NCBI GenBank assembly: GCA_041645165.1
Contig: JBAZQN010000008.1
Location: 2,374 to 66,373, forward strand
Origin: Patescibacteria group bacterium
GTDB taxonomy: Bacteria; Patescibacteriota; Patescibacteriia; 2-02-FULL-49-11
Length of the DNA stretch: 64,000 bases
Direction: 5' to 3'
Below, piece by piece: positions 54,316-64,000 of this stretch (positions are counted from its first letter, which is position 1; each line of letters opens with the position of its first letter). The position numbers were made by a program, and so were the translations under genes. The notes below the pieces were generated by a model that worked only from the letters and a program-made list of their open reading frames with translations, was not told the DNA's origin and ran no database searches.

Positions 54316-55917
54316 ATGATTCATAAAAAACAAGCGATTATTTACGGGTGCGTGGTATTGCTTGCGTTTGCATTGCGCGCGTATTCTCCTACTCCTATAG
54401 ACCTGATAGGCGATGACGCAACGTATGCGTTTCGAAGCGTAGGATATTTTGACCATATGGCATCACAGCTGCAAACCACACCTTACCAGTGGTTTGAAGC
54501 AGTACCCTGGTGGGCAAAACTTTCATTCCATGACCATCCGCCCGTCGCATTTCTTGCTTTCCATATTATTTTTGGCATTTTCGGAATGACCACGCTGGTG
54601 GCACACAGCATTCCGATTCTCTTAGGCACCTTGAGCGTGGCGCTTTGCATTGCGGTCGGCGCAAGGTTAAGTTCGCCGCGCGTAGGAATTATTGCAGGAT
54701 TCCTTTTTGCGGTCACCAGCCTGTCAATATGGATATCCCGCGTCTTGTATTTGGAAACTATACTGATCCCTTTATTGTTATTCACTATCTATTGCGCGCT
54801 TCGCGCGCGTCTATCGCCTTCATGGTGGATTATTACAGGATTCTCATTTGGTTTATCCATAGCTACCAAATATACTGCAATATTTCTTTTACCCGCGTTG
54901 TGTTATCTCGCGTATCCTTTGTGGCATACGAAAAAACAGATCAGGTTCGGCATTTTTGTGGCAATAGCTGCCCTCACCCCCGTCATAATCTATAACATTT
55001 TTCTCTACCAGACGCGAGGTCATTTTGATTATCAGCTTACACGCCTTTTCCGCATAACGACGCAAGATTGGCCCCGATTAGCCGTCACTTCAAGTCCTGC
55101 GTCTTTAATCAGTATTTTTTCCAGCATCCAAGACGCGGTTTCGTGGCCAGCTGCCATTCTTTTCCTTCTCGCCGCATGGTGGTCCTTTTTCCGTTGGATA
55201 CGGAATAAAAATAATGAACAAGGCGTTATTGCGCTCTTGCTTCTTTTTTTTAACCTAGAAATTATTTTTTTAGGAAATGCAGTTCGTTTCTTAAGCCCTA
55301 TAATTCCGTTTCTTTGCCTTAGCGCAGGAATACTTTTGGATGATATATGGAAAGGTGCGTTAGGTTTTACAAAAATCGCACTTCTCGCCGGAGCATCTTT
55401 TGCAGTAATTGCAATGTGCGCATATAGCATTAATACTCATTTCTTGGCACAACCTTGGGGGCGTGCGGGCCTTGCGTTCTCCTCGACCAGAGGAGAAAAT
55501 TATGGATATGAACAATTAGACCAATACTTGCTTACTCTCTACCAAGAACGAGATTCAGTTGATGATTTATGGGACGTCGCAGCGGTTGAAAAAACATTGT
55601 ATATATTTGATTCTAATATAAATTACTTCCCCAAAATGTGGTATGTCCAGAGACGCGTGACGTACCAGGGCATACCCTTCACTTCATCACTTGAATTCCG
55701 CAAACTTATTCAGGAAAACGGTGAAAGTTATTTCCCTCAAAAAGGCTATACCTATTATGTGCTTATTCATGCGCTGTCGGGAACGTTAATGGTTCCTGCA
55801 GACATTCGAAATAAAGTCGCCGATCAGATGGCCCTCACTCTAGAGGAACAAAGTATGCAAAACGTGACGATACAAAGAAGCGATGGGGAGCCTGCATTCC
55901 GCGTCTACTTTTTTTAA
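54316..55917 (+). CDS. GT-C glycosyltransferase (ArnT/PMT-like)
   Basis: GDDATY, HDHPP, many TM helices, ATKYT. Confidence 0.88.
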   Translation: MIHKKQAIIYGCVVLLAFALRAYSPTPIDLIGDDATYAFRSVGYFDHMASQLQTTPYQWFEAVPWWAKLSFHDHPPVAFLAFHIIFGIFGMTTLVAHSIPILLGTLSVALCIAVGARLSSPRVGIIAGFLFAVTSLSIWISRVLYLETILIPLLLFTIYCALRARLSPSWWIITGFSFGLSIATKYTAIFLLPALCYLAYPLWHTKKQIRFGIFVAIAALTPVIIYNIFLYQTRGHFDYQLTRLFRITTQDWPRLAVTSSPASLISIFSSIQDAVSWPAAILFLLAAWWSFFRWIRNKNNEQGVIALLLLFFNLEIIFLGNAVRFLSPIIPFLCLSAGILLDDIWKGALGFTKIALLAGASFAVIAMCAYSINTHFLAQPWGRAGLAFSSTRGENYGYEQLDQYLLTLYQERDSVDDLWDVAAVEKTLYIFDSNINYFPKMWYVQRRVTYQGIPFTSSLEFRKLIQENGESYFPQKGYTYYVLIHALSGTLMVPADIRNKVADQMALTLEEQSMQNVTIQRSDGEPAFRVYFF

Positions 55918-55928
55918 TTAAACATGAC

Positions 55929-57014
55929 ATGAAAAATAAAATAATAGTTGGGCTGTCCGGGGGGGTAGACTCTGCGGTTGCCGCATTACTCTTAAAATTA
56001 TCAGGCTACGCGGTCAAGGGTATTTTTATGAGGAATTGGACTGAAACGACCCCTTCGTGCAATTGGGAATGGGATTATGAATCCGCAAAAATGGCCGCAC
56101 AGCATCTCGCTATCCCGCTGGAACTCTGGGATTTTGAACAGGAATATCGTACGCAGGTATTCGAGCCTGCGCTCGCGTCCTTTTCTGAAGGCTTCACGCC
56201 CAATCCTGACATTGTCTGCAATAAACTAATTAAATTTGGAATATTTTCTGACCGCGCGCGTAATGAAGGCGCTGCCTGGATCGCCACGGGCCACTATGCC
56301 AGAATTAAACTGCGAATAGGAAAAATAGGTTCTACCCTGTCCCTGCTGTCCGGGAGAGATACCACTAAAGACCAAAGTTATTTCTTGAGCACGCTTACTC
56401 AACCGCAGCTTGCTCAATGCCTGTTTCCACTGGGTAATCTTACAAAACGCACAGTGCGCGCTATCGCGCAAAGCGCCAAACTGCCGAATGCCGATAGAAA
56501 AGACAGCTACGGAATCTGCTTTATTGGCGAACAGCCATTAAAAACTTTCCTGCGCTCACGCGTGCAAAGCAAACCCGGTCCTATCCAAACTGCGGAAGGG
56601 GAGACACTCGGCGCTCATGAGGGACTTGCCTTTTATACTATAGGGCAGCGGAAAGGCACCCAAATTGGCGGTAAAGGCCCGTTCTATGTGGTAGCGAAGG
56701 ATATCGCACATAATAAGCTTATAGTCGCACACGGACCGAATCATCCCTCACTTTTTACCCAAAGCCTTACCTTGCCTGAAGTGCATTGGATTGAAGGCCC
56801 TCCATCATTTCCTTTCTCCTGTTTCATCCGGCATCGTCATCTCCAACCGCTGCAAGCGGCTACCATAACCTATGATATAAATAGCAATATTATGATACAA
56901 TTCAATCAGCCTCAACGCGCCGTCACCCCCGGTCAATTTTTAGCCATATACGGCCAGGATAAAGAAACATGTTTCGGCGGAGGCACTATCGTAGAAATTT
57001 CGCAATATGAATAA
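55929..57014 (+). CDS. mnmA: tRNA 2-thiouridylase MnmA
   Basis: GLSGGVDS, TPNPDIVCN, ATGHYA, KDQSYFL, DSYGICF, TIGQRKG. Confidence 0.97.
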   Translation: MKNKIIVGLSGGVDSAVAALLLKLSGYAVKGIFMRNWTETTPSCNWEWDYESAKMAAQHLAIPLELWDFEQEYRTQVFEPALASFSEGFTPNPDIVCNKLIKFGIFSDRARNEGAAWIATGHYARIKLRIGKIGSTLSLLSGRDTTKDQSYFLSTLTQPQLAQCLFPLGNLTKRTVRAIAQSAKLPNADRKDSYGICFIGEQPLKTFLRSRVQSKPGPIQTAEGETLGAHEGLAFYTIGQRKGTQIGGKGPFYVVAKDIAHNKLIVAHGPNHPSLFTQSLTLPEVHWIEGPPSFPFSCFIRHRHLQPLQAATITYDINSNIMIQFNQPQRAVTPGQFLAIYGQDKETCFGGGTIVEISQYE

Positions 57015-57276
57015 AGTGATAATAACATTTTACGGACGCGTACAAGGGGTTGGTCTTCGCGTGTTTATCGCACAATGCGCTGGCGAACATAATGTCACAG
57101 GCACTGTGCAGAATAAGCCTGACGGGACAGTGCAAGCGGAACTCTGGGGCGATAAAGATCAATTAGCAAAATATATTGAAATATCTGCGCGCGGTTCACG
57201 CTTCTCCCGCATTGAAAATATCACGACCGTCTGGGGTGTAGCTGATCACGCACCTAATAATTTTAGAATCCTATGA
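57007..57276 (+). CDS. acyP: Acylphosphatase
   Basis: GRVQGVGLR, GTVQNKPDGTV. Confidence 0.92.
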   Translation: MNKVIITFYGRVQGVGLRVFIAQCAGEHNVTGTVQNKPDGTVQAELWGDKDQLAKYIEISARGSRFSRIENITTVWGVADHAPNNFRIL

Positions 57277-58766
57277 GATACGGCACGAACAGGGTAGTAG
57301 AAATTTTACCTGGCGCACTTACCTGGACCACCCTTATCGCAGTGGTCACTTTATCTTTTGTCAAACCTGTTTGGGTAATCGTATTTGTCATTTTATTTGA
57401 TTTATATTGGCTGATACGCGTCTTGTATTTCGTCACATGGCTTTTTGTATCATGGATGCGGTATAGGCAAGAGGTAAAAATATCTTGGTTAGACAAACTG
57501 AAGACAATTCCTTTATGGCACGATCTGTGGCATATCGTATTCCTCCCCACTTATAAAGACACAGAAGAGGTGCTCGAAACCACATTCCGCGCCCTTGATG
57601 AAAGCAATTACCCTCATGACCGCATTATTATCGTATTGGCGGGCGAAGAGCGTGACCAAGAGCGATTTGAACACATTTCCCAATCAATCATACATCGTTA
57701 TGAAAACCGGTTTGCCCAAATCATCACCACGCTCCATCCTTCAGATCTTCCTGATGAGATTCCCGGGAAGGGATCGAACCTCTACTGGGCGGGAAAGCGC
57801 ACACAAGAATTTATTGATGCAAAACAAATTCCATATGACCGTATTGTAGTATCAGCTTTTGATATAGACACTGTCGTACATCCGCAATATTTTGCCAGAT
57901 TGAGTTATGCATTTCTCACGCACCCCACTCCATTAAGAACAAGCTATCAGCCTCTCGCGCTTTTTAATAATAACATCTGGGACACTCCATCCTTCAGCCG
58001 GGTAGTCGCAAATTCAACTACCTTTTGGCTTATGACGGAACTCGCGCGCCCTGAGCGCCTGCTCACCTTTTCCTCGCATGCGATGCCGTGGCAAGCCCTT
58101 GTAGACGTGGGATTTTGGCAAAAAGACATTGTCAATGAAGATGCGCGCATTTCCATGCAATGTCTCGTGCACTACCATGGCGACTACCGCGTGACGCCAC
58201 TTTATATACCGGTATCTATGGATACCTGTTACGGTGGAAGCGTATTAAAAACTATTACCAACCAATATAAACAAATGAGGCGCTGGGCATGGTCTGTGGA
58301 ACATCTGCCCTATTTGGTTTCCAGTTTTAAAAACGATTCTCTCACGCCGTTAAGAATAAAATTTAAATATATCTGGATCATTGGGGAGGGGACCTACTCG
58401 TGGGCCACCGCGGCAATGCTCATTACCCTAAGTCGACTCCCTTTATGGGTAGCAGCCCACGTATCATCCACTTCGCTCCTTGTGCAAAATGCGCCCTTTG
58501 TACTTGAATGGCTTATGCGTCTGGCGATGCTTGGCATTGCGGTCAGCGCATTCGTGAGTGTAAGTATGCTTCCTCCTGCGCCTCGCCATAAAACATACAA
58601 AATTCTTACTATGGTGGCGCAGTGGTTTCTTTTGCCAATTACCCTTCTCGTATTTGGTTCCATCCCCGCCATAGATGCGCAAACCCGCCTTATGTTCGGC
58701 AAATACCTAGGTTTCTGGTCAACAGAAAAAGTGAGAACAAAAAATCGTGTACCACACGTGTCATAG
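57273..58766 (+). CDS. Membrane GT2 glycosyltransferase
   Basis: LPTYKD, PGKGSN, FDID, NEDA, QMRRW. Confidence 0.9.
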   Translation: MRYGTNRVVEILPGALTWTTLIAVVTLSFVKPVWVIVFVILFDLYWLIRVLYFVTWLFVSWMRYRQEVKISWLDKLKTIPLWHDLWHIVFLPTYKDTEEVLETTFRALDESNYPHDRIIIVLAGEERDQERFEHISQSIIHRYENRFAQIITTLHPSDLPDEIPGKGSNLYWAGKRTQEFIDAKQIPYDRIVVSAFDIDTVVHPQYFARLSYAFLTHPTPLRTSYQPLALFNNNIWDTPSFSRVVANSTTFWLMTELARPERLLTFSSHAMPWQALVDVGFWQKDIVNEDARISMQCLVHYHGDYRVTPLYIPVSMDTCYGGSVLKTITNQYKQMRRWAWSVEHLPYLVSSFKNDSLTPLRIKFKYIWIIGEGTYSWATAAMLITLSRLPLWVAAHVSSTSLLVQNAPFVLEWLMRLAMLGIAVSAFVSVSMLPPAPRHKTYKILTMVAQWFLLPITLLVFGSIPAIDAQTRLMFGKYLGFWSTEKVRTKNRVPHVS

Positions 58767-58798
58767 TGAGCCGAGTCGAGTGGTGAGCTTGTCGAACC
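58759..58798 (+). repeat. 21-bp dispersed repeat, copy B, plus a related tandem unit
   Basis: TGTCATAGTGAGCCGAGTCGA followed by GTGAGCTTGTCGAACC; contains the GT2 stop codon. Confidence 0.7.
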
Positions 58799-58940
58799 AT
58801 CCGTTTGCGCTTTTCTTCACGGGTGGTAGGATAAAGGTATCATTGCGGAGGGATTATTTCTACCCTCATGCGCTCTTCAATCCTTAAACGCATCGCTTCC
58901 ATTCTCATTGACATAACCGATGTGTGGGTGTTGCTCGCCT

Positions 58941-59117
58941 ATGTCCCTCAAGCATGTTGCCCGCCATGCCCGTGTGAGCGGTCTTAAAGGCGTCGTCGCG
59001 GAGACGGAAGCCGAGAACATCCCTGCGCAGAGACTCTACAAGAGATGCAGTTTTCAGCGGATCAAAAATCCGAGGTTTGAAGGGCATACTTACCGGCTTA
59101 AGTTTCAACGGGGCTAA
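58941..59117 (+). pseudogene. GNAT acetyltransferase C-terminal remnant
   Basis: VAETEAENIPAQRLYKRCSF matches GNAT motif B; the N-terminal part is missing. Confidence 0.65.
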
Positions 59118-59180
59118 AATCCTCAGTAATTTCCTTCGTAGACGAAATGAGACGTCACCATTGGTGAAAGGAGATAAGGT

Positions 59181-60167
59181 ATGAATATTGATCATGTATC
59201 ATCGGCGGTCGCCGAGCATTTTGGTGGTTTGTGGGAAATCACGGCTCAGCAACGAACGCTTAATGGCGTGATATTTTTCCTCCGCAGCGGCAGTCGTGAG
59301 ATGGTGGCGAAAGCGCCCGCTCTTCGTTTGTTCGCGCAGACGCCGATAGCCGATCGTATTCAAACAGCATATCGCATAAATCAAGATGCGGCTCGTTACC
59401 GCGAGCTCCTAAAAAAATATAATGTTCCTTTAGCCCATGAATTTAAGGCGATAATCTTGCCGGGAGGGGAAGCGTTGCATGTCGTTTCACACGAAGGACC
59501 CAACTGTTTGGCAATTCTTGAGAGTCAGCCTACCCTCGAGATTGTACGTACTGTCATCCGAGGCATCCTGGAAGCCGTTATGGGAGTGCTGCATCAACCT
59601 GATCCTCCTGAAGTGGGGATCGACTTGAAGCTCGATAATTTTACCAAGAACGGAGGGATATTTTATGTCGATCAATTCCCGCCGTTGTATTATGACGCCG
59701 CGCGTGGCGCGTACATTGTGCATGAACCGCAGCCGGAAGATCCCAATGAAGTAGCAAGACAGGTTCAACGCAAATTCACCGTAAACGGTAATTTGCGCAG
59801 ATTCCGGTCTTTTATTCTTAAGGTTTCCCGCGTTTTTGAAAATGTATGGCTTGAAGAGGTCGAGCGAGTGCTGGATCCGTCGCTCTGGCGGGAAGTGCGG
59901 GCATTCTTCGAAAATCTCCCCGGTCAACAATTACGCCCGCCAGTGCGGCGGGCTGATTTCTTGATGGCGATGGAGTCGTTGAAGCCTGACGATTATGACG
60001 GGATGCGCGATGTTGCGCTTCGGGTCGTTCCAGGTGGTTCACAACGAAAGGAGTTGCTGGACCAGGTCTTTCTTGCCGCTCGTTTCCGCGGACCTGACGG
60101 AAACCAGTTAGATGACCCAAAGTCATCTGTCATCAGGCTTCTCGTTCCTTTTTGCCGCAGCAGGTAG
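59181..60167 (+). CDS. Hypothetical protein, possible protein-kinase-like fold
   Basis: MVAK, GIDLKLDNF, FYVDQFPP. Confidence 0.65.
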   Translation: MNIDHVSSAVAEHFGGLWEITAQQRTLNGVIFFLRSGSREMVAKAPALRLFAQTPIADRIQTAYRINQDAARYRELLKKYNVPLAHEFKAIILPGGEALHVVSHEGPNCLAILESQPTLEIVRTVIRGILEAVMGVLHQPDPPEVGIDLKLDNFTKNGGIFYVDQFPPLYYDAARGAYIVHEPQPEDPNEVARQVQRKFTVNGNLRRFRSFILKVSRVFENVWLEEVERVLDPSLWREVRAFFENLPGQQLRPPVRRADFLMAMESLKPDDYDGMRDVALRVVPGGSQRKELLDQVFLAARFRGPDGNQLDDPKSSVIRLLVPFCRSR

Positions 60168-60170
60168 GTA

Positions 60171-60857
60171 TCAATTGTGAATATGTTTGATACCAAATTC
60201 TGGCACCACTATCGTATCGTCGAATTGCAGAATGAATTGAACCGCTTTTGCTACCTCCTCCGGATCGATGGCGTTGCGCATATTTTTTTCAATACCCGCT
60301 TTCTGGAAGAGGCGCGTGTTCAGCTTGCCGGGATAGACTCCGGTTACGCGAATATTGTGTTCTGCAAGTTCTGCCTGGATTGACTTCGTGAAACCAGTGA
60401 TCGCCCATTTGGAAGCAAAGTACACGGACATATTGGGTTTCGCGTACAAACCGGCTTGAGAAATAATGTTTACTATGGTTCCGCTCCTTCGTTTTTTCAT
60501 AAAGGGGATAACCGCTTTGGTCAAATATATCGTGCCCAAAGTATTTACTTCTATCGTTTTTTTGATATCCCGAAGGCTGTGGTCTTCCAAATTGCCTTGC
60601 GCCCAAACACCTGCGCAATTGATCAGGTAGTCTATGCGTTTATATTTTTTTAGAATGTTGCGTACGGCGCGTTGTACGCTGGGATACGCAGTGACATCGC
60701 CTATTTCATAGGCACATCCCAATTCTTGCGCAGTTGTGCGGAGTTTTTCTTTATGGGGTGACATGATGACTACCATGGAGGCGTCCCCCGTCAATTTGCG
60801 CGCGATTGCTTTACCCAGACCATCACTCCCGCCGGATATCACGATGACGTTTTTCAT
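60171..60857 (-). CDS. Short-chain dehydrogenase/reductase
   Basis: SGGSDGLG, INCAG, YFASK. Confidence 0.95.
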   Translation of the reverse strand: MKNVIVISGGSDGLGKAIARKLTGDASMVVIMSPHKEKLRTTAQELGCAYEIGDVTAYPSVQRAVRNILKKYKRIDYLINCAGVWAQGNLEDHSLRDIKKTIEVNTLGTIYLTKAVIPFMKKRRSGTIVNIISQAGLYAKPNMSVYFASKWAITGFTKSIQAELAEHNIRVTGVYPGKLNTRLFQKAGIEKNMRNAIDPEEVAKAVQFILQFDDTIVVPEFGIKHIHN

Positions 60858-60998
60858 AATGTCGCATTATTGTGAGTATTCACACGCTAAACCAAGTGTA
60901 AGCGATTCGGTGTATAAAAGCAATTTTCTTTTACCCATCACGTTCCCGCATAGCGTTATACATCGGCTAGTGTTGCGGGGAGCATTTTGGGGAATGCG

Positions 60999-61026
60999 TT
61001 GACAGAGTGAAATCGTATGGTAAGAT
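60999..61026 (+). promoter_or_regulatory. Sigma70-type promoter candidate for the cyclitol cluster
   Basis: TTGACA-N16-TAAGAT with TG extension. Confidence 0.55.
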
Positions 61027-61067
61027 GACAAACTATTTTTGTCGCCCCAACTTTACTTCGCGACCAT

Positions 61068-63304
61068 ATGGACATCGATCAGAGTAACTCCTCGACACGT
61101 GAGCCGGTCATAGTTTTTGATATCGGAGGGACATGGTTTCGAAGCGGGATCCTTCTTTCTAATAGTCGATTGATCGATGTTACAAAAACTCCGGCAGTCA
61201 ATTACAGAACTCATCCGAATCAGAAAGTATCCGAGCTACAAACTTCGCTCATGGTGTATCTCACGAAGGAAGCTCGTCGTTTAAGATCCGATTTTTCGGG
61301 AACGCGTTTGCGGACGGTGGGAGTTTCTATGGGTGCGGCGTTGAACGCCCACACAGGTCTCATTTTGAATTCTGGCCCACTCTGGGGGCCGGAATGTAAA
61401 CCATTTGATCTTAAGAGGAATCTCGCGAAGAGAGACCCTTCATTTAATTGGCTTATTCTGAACGATATTTCCGCTGCACTTATAAGGCATGTCGCGGATA
61501 TAAATTGTGAGCAGTATAAGAAAGTATCTCTCGTCACAGTGAGTACGGGGATCGGCGCACGCGCTATTGACGTGCGTACGCATGTTATGCCGCTTGATCC
61601 GCGTCACGGCATACAAGGAGAAATCGGTCACATTCCGATCGAATTTACCTTTCGTGGCGCACGCATTGAACGCGTATGCGACTGCGGCGGGCGCAACCAT
61701 CTTAACGCATTTTGTTCAGGGAGGGGGATTGAATCGCTGTTGGAGACTCTGCCCAGGAAATACCCGAATGCATCCAGGAGAATCACTCCCTCTCGCTTCT
61801 TGAAGGGAAAAACGCCGTTATCATTTTCCTCTTTCGCCCATGCAGTGAAACGGGAGGATGAATGGGCGAGGGAATTGCTCGATGCAGTAACGCTTCCGCT
61901 CGCAAGGTTACTCGTCACGGCTTTTACCTTTGATCCTGAGATGAGCGTTGTATTTGTGACCGGAGGTGTGGTTGATACTTTGGGCGAACATTATCGACGA
62001 AGCCTCCTTAAGAACCTCAATGCCATAGGACTCTATCAAATCACCGGACGCGAGCCTTCGTTTTTTGGAAAACGAGTACGCACCGGAATACACGATGACC
62101 GTTCCGGGTTGATTGGCGCCGGTCTCTATGCGCGCATGCACGACATTGCTGCACATCCTGATGCGCGTGACCATAAACAATGGACTGTTTCCGCTCAATC
62201 ACCCGTTCGTTACGACGTGAGAGAGGTGGACGGTCTTTTCGTCTCAGATCAATCGCCGTTATTTGCCTATCGGGGACCGAAAGCGAATCACTCAACCCGC
62301 AGATTTGTGGTAGTCGATCGCAGGGTACATCAATACTACGGCGCAGATATGAAACGGTTTTTCTCCCGACATGGCTTCCAGGCTCACCTCATGATTATGT
62401 CCATATCCGAACGACAAAAAACGATGGCGACCGTTTTGAAAATTGTGGCATCGTTCAGTACATTCGGACTTTCCCGCCGTAGCGAACCAGTGATCGCAGT
62501 TGGTGGGGGTGTTCTCCTCGATATCGTCGGTCTTGCCGCGAGTCTCTATAAGAGAGGCGTGCCCTATATTCGCGTTCCTACTACGCTCTCTCATTGGTGG
62601 ACGCGGGCGTAGGGGTTAAAATAGGGGTGAATTTTAATGGTCACAAGAGTTGTCTTGGCGATTATTACGTACCTCTTGCCGTTTTTCTTGATGTCGGATT
62701 TTTGAAAACATTGCCCAGGCGTCATATACGTAATGGTGCGGCGGAAATCATTAAGATGGGGGTGATAAAGGATAAGGAGCTTTTTGAATTGCTCGAATCG
62801 CATGGAGAGGAACTTCAGCACAATAGATTTCAGAACAGCGCAATCGCTCGCCACGTCATACGACGTGCCATACAGGGAATACTTGAGGAATTGGAGCCGA
62901 ATCTCCAGGAAGAACGATTGGAACGCCTCGTTGATTTTGGGCATACCTTCAGTCCTCAAATTGAAATGCAAGCATTGCCTGCGCTTCTTCACGGTGAAGC
63001 GGTGGCGATCGATATGGCATTATCCACATGTATCGCGTATGAGCGAAATTTACTTTCTGAGAGCGAGAGAGACCGCATCATACGGCTGATACGTTTGTTC
63101 GGTCTGCCGGTGTTCCACCGCGTATGTACGTCTGCACTGCTCTCGCGCGCGTTACAGAAATCAACGCAGCACCGCGACGGACTGCAACGTTGTCCTCTTC
63201 CGATCCGTATAGGTATGACAACGTTTGTTAATGACATCACGGACGAGGAATTAAAAAATGCATTGAGAATATTAAAAAAGTATGCAAGATCAAGCGATAC
63301 GTGA
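61068..63304 (+). pseudogene. ROK kinase fused to sedoheptulose-7-phosphate cyclase (EEVS-like), frameshifted near 62589
   Basis: FDIGGT, EIGH, CDCG; GGGVLLDIVG, RVPTTL | SLVDAGVGVK; LEELEPNLQE..LERLVDFGHTFSP, LLHGEAV. Confidence 0.85.
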
Positions 63305-64000
63305 GGCACCCGCGTGGCATGAGGGGCTTATCATCGCCGCAAGCGGAGAAGTGGTATGTGCACGAGTCCCTACGGCAAAGCCGCAAGAGGGAGAGCTATT
63401 AGTTTCAATTCTGCGCGCGGGAGTGTGTGGAACTGACGTGCAGATTCTCAAGGGCGAGCGGCACGATCGTACCAAAATCTTGGGGCATGAGGGATTGGGT
63501 GTGGTGATAGGTGCAGGATCCAAAGCAGATGAATCGTGGATGGGGAAATATGTGGTGTTCAATCCCGTTGATCCATGCGATCAAGAGCGGATTCTTGGGC
63601 ACAGCTACGACGGAATTTTTCAACAGTACTTTCTTGTTTCTCGTGACGCGCGGCGACGGGGGCTGCTCGTTCCCTATGATGTAGAATTACCGTATATATA
63701 CGGTCCCTTGGTCGAGCCGCTTGCTACCGTAGTGTATGCACATTCCCTCGTGGAGAGGAAAGTCAAGCCGAAAGCGGTCGCGGTGGTAGGAGCAGGTCCT
63801 ATAGGTATCATCCATGCGCTCGTTAGTAAGATATGCGACGATGCTTGTATATTCCTTATTAATAGGTCACCCGCACGCCTCCATTGGGCCATCGAGCATA
63901 GGATCATAACTCATGGAGAGGCAATTCAAGACATCGGTCATCTCGCTGAAGAAATGTTGCGTCGCACAGGCGGAATGGGGGTAGATGCGGTGTATTTGTG
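63282..64000 (+). CDS. Zinc-binding (MDR) dehydrogenase, 3'-truncated, absent from the ORF track
   Basis: Hand translation: MQDQAIRE...GVCGTD...LGHEG...VEPLA...VVGAGPIG, open to the window end. Confidence 0.9.
   Translation, partial: MQDQAIREAPAWHEGLIIAASGEVVCARVPTAKPQEGELLVSILRAGVCGTDVQILKGERHDRTKILGHEGLGVVIGAGSKADESWMGKYVVFNPVDPCDQERILGHSYDGIFQQYFLVSRDARRRGLLVPYDVELPYIYGPLVEPLATVVYAHSLVERKVKPKAVAVVGAGPIGIIHALVSKICDDACIFLINRSPARLHWAIEHRIITHGEAIQDIGHLAEEMLRRTGGMGVDAVYL

Noticed and set aside
1-64000. CRISPR array, tRNA, rRNA, diversity-generating retroelement
   Set aside because: No regularly spaced identical repeats, no recognisable cloverleaf or rRNA motifs, and no reverse transcriptase or TR/VR pair seen by eye; a tool scan could still find something.

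Overview
A 64-kb chromosomal segment using genetic code 11. Gene content and style point to Patescibacteria/CPR (Parcubacteria-like); this is inferred, not proven. In order: a suf Fe-S operon (intein-containing sufB, sufD, sufS, an inserted methyltransferase, sufU-DUF1858, ferredoxin); a minus-strand type IV pilus operon; a cell-wall cluster (ATE-like transferase, mpl, an unannotated LysW-like protein, PLP enzyme, ATP-grasp, NlpC/P60, mraY, ftsW, murG, divergent murC); an arginine-to-putrescine/homospermidine polyamine cluster; secA, repair genes and a four-helix-bundle pseudogene; secD (with a parvulin insert) and secF; a sortase with its substrate; a VirD4-like locus; a two-component system; mnmA and glycosyltransferases; and the start of a C7-cyclitol-type cluster (ROK kinase-EEVS fusion, Zn dehydrogenase). 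No rRNA, tRNA, CRISPR array or transposase was recognised. The most striking feature is a non-coding element in three copies (2442-2664, 19591-19815, 6648-6783 minus). Each sits exactly at a start codon between duplicated TATG, and the two long copies fold into a three-way junction with compensatory changes in all three stems. Several other short palindromic or periodic repeat families are present, some translated in frame inside genes.
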